DNA of 64,000 nt from Neocallimastix sp. 'constans' (lineage: Eukaryota): contig JBODTK010000108.1 of the NCBI GenBank assembly GCA_050613775.1, positions 186,001 through 250,000 of the forward strand, written 5' to 3'. The notes below the pieces were generated by a model, which ran no database searches, was not told the DNA's origin, and saw only the letters and a program-made list of their open reading frames with translations. Position numbers and translations under genes: made by a program. Numbering within the stretch: the first letter of the stretch is position 1; each line of letters begins with the position of its first letter. Shown here piece by piece: positions 54,031 through 64,000 of the stretch.

Positions 54031-54286
54031 GATCGGTTCAAGGGAAAGAAAGCAATTTATTAACAATATCTTTCAATCACCTTCGAGAAAGCTCTCTTTC
54101 CCGAGTTCTTATTTTGAGGGGCTTGCGGAATTTCTTACTAATTATATGCCTGTTATCATTAGTGACTTTTACGCTATGATCAATTTGTATACCATTAGAC
54201 CTACCGTTGTTAAGAACGTCGACGTTGAAAACGATAAGACAAAAATGAAACTCTGATATAGATTTCATCCTCGAAATTCATAACGT
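54031..54286 (-). ncRNA. Unassigned structured RNA candidate
   Basis: GC-rich island; several stems whose mismatches are G-U on the minus strand. Confidence 0.5.
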
Positions 54287-54801
54287 AATTTTTTTTTTTT
54301 TTTTTTTTTTTTAATATTAATGTAAAAAATTATAATCTATATATATATTAATAATCATCCGTTTCATTATGTATTTATAATTATTATATAAAAAAAATAT
54401 TGAATTAAATAGACTAAATTTATTACTCAAAATTAATATCCATATATAAATAAATATTATATATATATATATTCATTTTATTTTTATTTTATTTTTATTT
54501 TATTTTATTTTTATTTATATATTTTTTGGAAATAATTATATATATTATAAAATTATTATTTTTATAATTCTTTTTTTAATTTTTAAGTTTCTGATTAGTT
54601 TTTGTTTCATTCATAAAATTATTATGAATAATAGTTTTAATATTATCATTTCGTTTATTACAATAACTATTATTATTTCCTTTTTTTTTTTTTTATTTTT
54701 TTTTCTTTTTTATTTTTTCATAATTCAATAAATTTTAGTATTATTGTTTGTGCTACTATAATAAATATAATTATTTATTCAATATTAATTATTATTCATA
54801 G

Positions 54802-57648
54802 TTATTTTCCATTATCAAGATTATAAATTTGTTTTATCAAAAATGCTTTTTCTTCATTGAATTGTTCGTCATCTAATTTAGATTTGTTGGTATTATTTAT
54901 TTATATATTTATTTATTAATTTATTGATTTTTTAATATTTATCGATAGATTATTAATTCACAATATTTATAATATTTTTAATATTGGTTTAGTTTTGTAT
55001 AAATATTATTAAATGTTTTTTTAATATATAATTAAAATAAATATTTATGTACATATATTAAGTAGAATTATTATGTATATTAAAATATATAAATTTAATT
55101 TTAGTTTAATTTTAAAAAGTTTGATATATAAAATTAATTTAAATTTATTTTATTTAATTAACGTTATACCTGAACGATCGTTATGGAAGTTACGCAAAAA
55201 TGTTAAAAGTTTTTCTTTATTTTTTTGTAATATATCTAAAATTGGTGGTGTTTTGTTTGGATTGGCAACAAAGACCTTTATTTTTATTATTATTTAATTT
55301 TATTATTATTATTATTATTCATTATTCATTATTTATATATTTATACAATTAATCATAAATTTATAGCGAATTTTTAATATAAAAATAAATAAATATTATA
55401 AAATAAATAATTATAATTAACATAAATTAATTCTTTTTATTTTTATAATATTTAAATATATATATTTAATAAAATTAATATATACCTTAAATACATGGAA
55501 GGCTTCAAATTGAATATTTCTACTTTTATCTCTTAATAAATTCATCATTAATTTTAAATTTTCGGCATTAGTAATATATCTACTCATAATATTAAAGTTT
55601 GTACGATCGAGTAATAATTCACCAAGAAGCTGATGTTTACAAATAAATCAAATTTTCAACAATATTTAATTTCTTATAAATATTTATTTATATTTATGTT
55701 TATATTATTTTAAATTATATGTATATATATATTACCTTAAGTGATTGTCTTTTAGTAACATAGTTATTTGAAACAAGTAATTTTGTATAATGTTCAAAAA
55801 CCTTTTCAATAATAATTATAATAATAATATTATTATTAATAAGATAAAAAATACTATAATGGATAGTAAAAATATTTCTTTCTAAATTATTTGACGATAT
55901 ACTTGATCATAATTAGCTTCTAAGAAATCAGCAACTAAGGCTTTATGTCTTGTTAATAGATCCTTTTAAATAATGAATATATAAATATATATATATAAAG
56001 AAACAAGAAACAGAATATATTTCATAATATAAACAATTATGATTTTATATATTAAAAAGTTAAAAGATGTTATTAAAATTAGTAAATTTATTTAAATTTA
56101 TTTATTTATTTTTTTTTTGTTTGTTTGTTTGTTTATTTGTTTGCTTATTTGTTTATTTGTTTATTATTCGTTTACTTATTACATAATTTATTTAATAAAA
56201 TATTAATTAAAAATAATTACCTTAAATGTTGCGAATGCGTCAGAAGCAATATCAAATGTAGAAAGTTCAACATAATTAAAGAATCTCCAAAAATGTTCAG
56301 AATACAATACAATTTTTGCTAATGGTTCATGTCTAAGACATTCTCTAAGCATTATACCACAATTTAAGGCAATATCTTGATTATCATAACTTTGTTAAAA
56401 ATTTTATTTTTTAAAATTTATTTTTTTTTTTTAAATTAATTGAGATTGATTAAATTAATAAATATATAAATAATAAAATTTAATAAATTAAATATTTATT
56501 ATAAATTTATAATATTTTAAATACATATATATCATTTATTATAAATTTATAATATTATAAATATATATCAGTTTTCAATTTCAAAATTTATTATATCTGT
56601 ATTATTATAATTCGTATATATATATAAATCAATTACCCATTAATTAATTGGAATATAATTTCTTCTTTAGTAGCAATATATTCTACAGTTGGTGAACGAG
56701 TTCCAATTTGTCTACGTAAAATATTATTGAAAATTTGTGCTACATCTTTTTTAGCCTTAATAGCAACAACAACAATATAAATAATAACAATATAAATAAT
56801 AATATTTTTTAATATTAATAATTATGATTTTTATTTTTATAAAATATATTTATAATTTTTTTTTAAAAACTGTTATTATAATTGTTGTATTTTTATATAT
56901 TTAAATTTAATTATTATATTTATTTTTATTTTTATGTCTAATAATAATACTGATAATAATAATAATTACTTCAAATTCAAATTCTCCAATATTTTGAACA
57001 AGTAATTGTAATAAATCATTTCCATAAACTTCTTGTGATAATTGAACGACTAATTCTGGAATTGGGTCATTTTCTTTAATATAAATAATATATTTTTAAA
57101 TAAATATTTAAATTGAGTATTCATTATTAATCACTTTATATATAGATTTTTATTATTATTATTATTATTCATTATTATTTGTTGTAGTTTTGGTAATGGT
57201 ATTATTAGTAATAATAGTAGTATTTACCACCATCACCGTAAAGTATATTTTTCATAGAAACTAAATTTTTTGAAATTTCTTCATTTGCCTTCATTAATAA
57301 AACAAGTATAATATAGAAATCATTAAAATATAAAAAATTATTTAATTAATAATTTTTTTTTTTTATATTTTATATAAATAATATATTATGCATATACAAT
57401 AATAAAGATTTTGATATAATTTGATATAATAAAATTAGAAAATAAAAGAATAATTAATTAAAATAAGATATCATTGTTAAATTTATTGATATATTATTAT
57501 AAAAAATATATATTATATTTTTATAACAGAATTTTATTTTATTTACCTTTCTTTTATCGCTACTAGAATGTAATTTGTTAATAGCTTCTTTTGTATTTCT
57601 TACTAATTCCTGTGGTGTTTTTGGTTTCGTTTTAAATAAAAAACTCAT
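54802..57648 (-). CDS. hymA: Mo25/CAB39/HymA scaffold protein (~10 exons)
   Basis: [131 protein letters not shown] introns. Confidence 0.96.
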
Positions 57649-59064
57649 TTTAAAAAAGAATTAAAGTCGTTCTATAATTTCTTTATTATAGTAATATAGT
57701 AATATATATTTATTTATATGTTAATTATTATATTAATAGAAATTAATAATATATATATATATCTAAACAAAATTATTTAGTTTATATCGATTTTTAATTT
57801 CTTATTTTTAGATTTCATATAAAAATATTTAGTAATCACAAAAATATAATTGTAATATTTATATTGAATTTAATTAATATTTATTTATTTAAAGTATAAT
57901 GATACATCTAATATGAAAATTTAGATTTTTTTCACTTATTATTTGCCTATTTTAAAATTTTTAAACATATTAACAAAAGTTAACTATAAATCTATTATCT
58001 TTCTGATGAAAATTATAATTATTATCAAATTATTGTATTTTCTCAAATTCTTCATGAATTATTTAATTTTAATAATAATATATATATAATATATATATAT
58101 TTATATTTAAACAAATTATATTATTAAAGATTATTTATATATTGATTTTTAAAGTTTTTTTTTTTTCTTAAATTGTGTTTGTAAAAAATGTGATAGAAAT
58201 TTATAAATATATTATTTATTTATTATATCAATTAATTAATAATTATTCATTTCTTAATACTTTTGTAGTAATATATTGAAAAAAAAACTTTTATTTTTGA
58301 ATTTATTGAATGAAAAAAAGAAAAGGATTTTATTATCAATATTAATAATAAAAGTATTATTATTTATTACAACATTTTTATTAGTAACAAATTAATTATA
58401 ATATTAAAAAAAGTCTTTGATAAATATATAGAGTACAAATTTAAAAATTAATAATGTGTATTAATACAATTGAGAAAAAAGAAATGCATTCTTATTAAAT
58501 AAATGACAATACTGTATAATATTATTACTCTTCGTTTATAAAATATTTCAAAATATTGTTGAACTAATTATTCCTCTACAGAGATTTTTTAGTTTTAAAA
58601 TAATAAAATAAAATTTATCATTGATATTACAAATATATATAATTTAAAAATATATAAAGAAAGATTATATAAAAGTTATTTACTTTAAAAAAAAAGTATT
58701 TGTTCTCTTTTTTATTATTATTATTATTATTATTAATTATTATAAATATTAATTATTATTATTATTATAATAAATAAATAATTACTATTAATTAATTAAT
58801 TAATTAATTATTCTTTTTTTTTTTTTTTTTTTGGTTTTTTTCTGTTTTTTTTTTTTTTTTTTTTTTATTTATTTTATTTTATTTTATTTTTATTTTATTT
58901 TATTTTTTTTTTTTTATTTTATTTTTTTTATTTTTATTTTTATTTTTTATTTATTTATTTATTTGTTTATTTATTTTTAATAAAGTGGAACGAAAAAAAA
59001 TTTATATAAATTTTATATATATATTAAATACATATGTATATGTATATATATATATAATAGTATT

Positions 59065-59250
59065 TTTTATTATTATTTATTATTATTTATTATTATTTAT
59101 TATTATTTATTATTATTTATTATTATTTATTATTATTTATTATTATTTATTATTATTTATTATTCATTATTATTTATTATTATTTATTATTATTTATTAT
59201 TATTCATTATTATTTATTATTAAATCCTTCTATTATTATTATTATTTTAT
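59065..59250. repeat. (TTATTAT)n microsatellite
   Basis: Directly visible. Confidence 0.85.
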
Positions 59251-60367
59251 TCATTACAATTACTATTTACAATTACTATTATTATAATTATTATTATTAA
59301 TAATTCCAATTAAATAATATTAATAAATAATAATATTAATAAAATTATAAATAATAATTATATGATAATATAATTATTATTTATATAGTTAATATAAATT
59401 AAATTATTTATAATTCAACTAAACTATATATTATATCTTTTTTTCTTTACTAATTTTGTATATTACATTATTATAATTATAATCTTATAATCTTATATAA
59501 CATTGGTTATATATAATATTTATAATATTTAATAAATAAAAAATTTACTATTTAAATTACTATTTACAACTTCAAATATATTACATATCTCAATAATTTT
59601 ATTTTATTAAATTATATACATTATTTTTTTTTTATTTTAATAATTTAATATTAATAAAAAAAAAAATAATAAATATCTATAAATATAAGATATAAATTAA
59701 TTTTTTATGGACTTTTAATAACATGACGTTTATTGTAATTTTCATAATTTCTTATATTCAAATTTTATATAATTATATATATATATATATATTTTTTTTA
59801 AAAAAAAATAATTTTATTTAAACTACTAATTTATTTAATATAAAATAAAAATATCTATTTTTAAAAAAATATTTATTATAATTATAAAAAAAAAAAAAAA
59901 AAGTATATATATATATGTATTATTAATATAAAATAATAAACATCATTTTTTTATCAATTATATAATTAGTATCAATTCTTTTTTTTTTTTTAAATATATA
60001 TATATAAAATTATGATTAAATATGAAAAGTTTTATTTATGCTACTAATTTATAGAATATAAATGGATTTAATAAAATTATCAATTTTTAAAAAAGTATTT
60101 ATTATAATTATAAAAAAATATATATATCATCCATATAATTCATATAAAATTATATACATTATTTTTTTTATCAATTTAATTATTTATCTATTTATTTATT
60201 CTTAAAAATAAATTTTTGTTATACTAATATACTAAAAATACTAAAAATATATAATTATTACATAAAAATTGGTATATTTTCAGAAAAAAAAAATAAAAAT
60301 AAAAAAATAAAAAATAAAAATATTTGTAAAATATAAATGATATTAATTTTTTCTTTTTTCTTTTTTC

Positions 60368-60412
<45 letters not shown>

Positions 60413-60657
60413 TTTTGTTTTGTTTTGTTTTGTTGTTTTGTTTTATTTTTTATTTGCCTGTTTTTATGTTTTTTTTTTTTTTATTAATTTTTAATTGATA
60501 AATAATAATTATATTTATATATTAAATAATATTGGTTTATTAAATTAAGAAAAAATTAAAGTGTTTTTTTTTTTTTTTTTTTTTTTTTTTTCCATATTGG
60601 ATGATAATAAAACTTTATTACGAGTAATTCATTGTTGTTCTATCTATTTTTTATAAA

Positions 60658-61098
60658 TTAATGATGATTTTCTTCTTCACAATTTAATATTTGATCTTTA
60701 TTTAAACAAGCAGAATAATTAAAGGTTAGGAATTCTTTTAAATAGTAAATTCCATTAAAATATATTCCTAATTCCATTGTAAACAATCGCAAAGTCCATT
60801 TTGCTAAAAAGAGTAAAGTTTCAAATAATTCCGAAACCCATCCTGTTTTCATACATATTATAGTTTCAAATTTTCCTAAAATACTATATCCATTTACACC
60901 TATAAGATCTTCAAATGCTGCTGAACAATAAATCCACCAAAAATAAATAATTGATAATATTATTAATGGTTTAAATCGTAGATCACTATTAAAATGATGT
61001 CTAACAACCATTTCAATACTATCATATAATATTATTGTATTTATTACACTTTAATTTATTTAGTAAATAAAAATTAAAATAATTATATTAATAAAAAT

Positions 61099-61134
<36 letters not shown>

Positions 61135-62848
61135 TATATATATATTTAAAAATAAAAATTATCATTCATTATATTTACCTCCCCCAAAAGAATACACCTG
61201 CTAAAACATGATAATTTATTGAACTCAAAATATTAATACTAGTTAAAAAGTACTCTGAGAATAAAAAATTATGCATTTTTATATGAGAATTATTATCATC
61301 TCCATTAGAAATACTATATGTAGCATTTTCAGGATATATATTTATAGCATTTTCTTGAGTTTGAACATATAACTTCTCTTGATCTTGATTTGAGTAATAT
61401 TCTTCGTAATTATAAACATCCCATAAAGAAGTATTATTTTGACCTTGTACCATTTCGTATTCTATTTCAATGTCTAAATATTTATAGGCTACATTTAAAA
61501 CATATTTCAATACATATCCTCCAAAAGCAATTAAAATAAATATCGTTAAACAAAGAGCAGTATTTTGTATCTCCTTATTTTGAAGTTTTGTATACCATTT
61601 ATTGTTATCCTTTTTCTTGTATTTTTGTCTTTTCATTATAAACAAAGAAAAAACGATTAATAATAAAATTTATATGAATATATTAAATGATATAAAGTTA
61701 TTCATATATTCATTATATGAATATATAATAAAAATAACAAGTTCAAAAATTTTATTTATAAAAAATATATATATATATATCATAAAAATTATAAATAATT
61801 AAATTTAAAAAAATATAAATATATACCTGCACAATATACAATTTTCTTGATGGCCATATTCTATTGACGTTTTCATTCTCCATTCATCCAAACAATAACT
61901 ATGAACGTATTTCTTTTATTATTTTAATGTTAATAATAGAAAAAAATGAAAATAAAATAAATTAATTAAATATGTATTAATAACTATTATACTATTATTT
62001 TATCACATTTATTTTATTATTATTGTTGTTTTTTATTGTTATTAGTATTATTTTATTTATTTAATTACTATATTTAAAAAAAAAAAAAAGCTTATATATA
62101 TATATATATATATTACCTGACTTCCTTTACAATGACAAGGCGAAATTAATTTATCAATGTAGTATGAAACATCTTCTGGAATACGATTCAATAAAATGTA
62201 TTTCTTTTTATATTGTTTAATTTTATTTTGATTTATCCACCACATTTTTTGAATATTTTTTTGAACATTAAATATAAAATTTAACTTATTTTTCTTATAA
62301 TAAAATGTTTTTTGAATTTTTTCCATTCTTATTTTTATTGGATATATGAATTTATCATACATTTTATAGGAAAGCGGCTGATCCTTAATTTTTTTCTCAA
62401 AACTTGAAAATTTATTGCAGAGCGAATGTTTAATTTTCTGCTTTTGATTTTGAAATATTTTTTGATAAGAATCTTCATGATCTTCATCATTATCATTAAT
62501 ATCTAAATTTCTGAAAAATTCATCTAAACTCATATATGAAGTTCTTAAAATATTTCTTTCTTTCTCCATTCCTATATTTGATTTATTATCATTATATGTA
62601 TGGAAGAAATTACCAGAATTTGCTTTTCTTAATGGAATATCCAATGAATCACTTCTTTTAATAGATTTTTCTGGAATATTTAAACAACTTAGACTATTAC
62701 TATTTCTTAATATAGTACCACTAAATATCGTTTTATCAATGATTGTATTCATATCACTTTTATTATTATTATTATTATTATTAGTAGTAGTAGTATTATC
62801 AAATATATTGTTATCATCATCATCAATACTATTACTATTGCTATTATA

Positions 62849-62887
<39 letters not shown>

Positions 62888-63721
62888 TCCATTTTCTATC
62901 TGTTCATTATTAATATTTCTATTATTAATACAATTCTTATTTAACACATTTGATTTTTCACAGTATTCAATATTATTTGTTTCATAACATTGCTCAATAC
63001 CTATCGTTTCATTTTGTTCATTATCTGACTTTTCATTATTTATATTTTGTTCATTATCTAATTTTTCATCATTAATATTATGCATATCATGTAACATTTC
63101 ATTATTCATATTTTGTACATTACTTAATTTTTCATTATTTAGAGTCTCGGTACAATTATCATTATTAAGAAGATTCTTTCTTTGGGAATAGGACATCTCA
63201 GAAAGATAGGCTTCATCTACATCCTCATTATATTTAAAAAATGATTTATTATAATATAAGAAAGGATTTTTCCATAAATCTACGAAAAACAAATTTCGTG
63301 TCATCCAATAAATCCATTTAGGAATGATAGAAATATAAATGAAAAAACGAATCATTGAATTATAATAATTTTCTATAGTACATAAAAAATCATCCTTATT
63401 ATTTTCATAATAGTAATCATATATACACTTTTTAATGATATTACTATCTACCTTTTTCAAACGTTCCCATAATTTTATATTATTTTCAAAATCATTATGA
63501 TCTGTTAAAAATTCTTCATCTTTAATATTATCTTTATCATCATCACAGTTATTATCATCAGAATTTTCGCCATCATTATCTTTTATACATTTTTCTTTTT
63601 GTTCTATCTCTGATTGTTTAAAAATTTTCTGTAATAAATAGTTATCAAATAAATATAACTTATCTGATAAACATATACGACATATTTTCTTTTCAGTTTC
63701 ATTTAACTCGGTTTTACACAT
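60658..63721 (-). CDS. RING-CH (RINGv, MARCH-like) membrane E3 ligase, ~4 exons
   Basis: CRIC...LISPCHCKGSQ | KYVHSYCLDEW...CILC (exon ~61912-61827), then TM segments. Confidence 0.85.
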
Positions 63722-63742
63722 TTTTTTAATGTTTTTATTTTA

Positions 63743-63778
<36 letters not shown>

Positions 63779-64000
63779 TGTTTGTTTGTTTTTATAGACT
63801 TCTGAACTTATATATATATATATTTATTTACTTATTTATATTTTTATGTTTAATTTTTAAATATTTTTTTTATTTCTTTTATTTTTATAGAATGCTTTTA
63901 AATTTATAAATTTGATTAATTTTTTAATTTATTTTTATCTATTTTGATATAAAACTATTTAATATAATATTCTTTCTTCTTATATAACTATAAAGATGAT

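Noticed and set aside
54077..54268. 63-aa ORF in the GC island
   Set aside because: No recognisable motif; base-pairing explains the composition better

Overview
Extremely AT-rich, intron-containing eukaryotic DNA. Gene and transposon content suggests an anaerobic gut fungus (Neocallimastigomycota); this is an inference. Host genes: an intronless ankyrin-repeat protein, two tandem intronless membrane-protein paralogs, a multi-exon pectin-lyase-fold/EGF/7TM receptor, Mo25/HymA, and a RING-CH E3 ligase with a split RING. About half the window is transposon-derived. There is a decayed Ty1/copia carrying a solo LTR. At 20057-35241 sits a three-level nest with all TSDs intact: non-coding LTR element C contains RT-deleted chromovirus B, which contains an apparently intact Ty3/gypsy A. 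At 43.3-53.6 kb are two inverted MULE copies with an (AAAAT)n minisatellite and further LTR debris. Most notable observations: (1) the dissimilar elements A and B share a structured 5' leader RNA with a 40-nt identical core and compensatory stems; (2) the three nested elements appear to use three priming modes (tRNA-Ala 3' end, Tf1-type self-priming, tRNA-Lys half-molecule); (3) the chromovirus LTR carries tRNA-like A/B boxes; (4) an unassigned structured ncRNA candidate lies at about 54.0-54.3 kb. All alignments and folds were done by eye.
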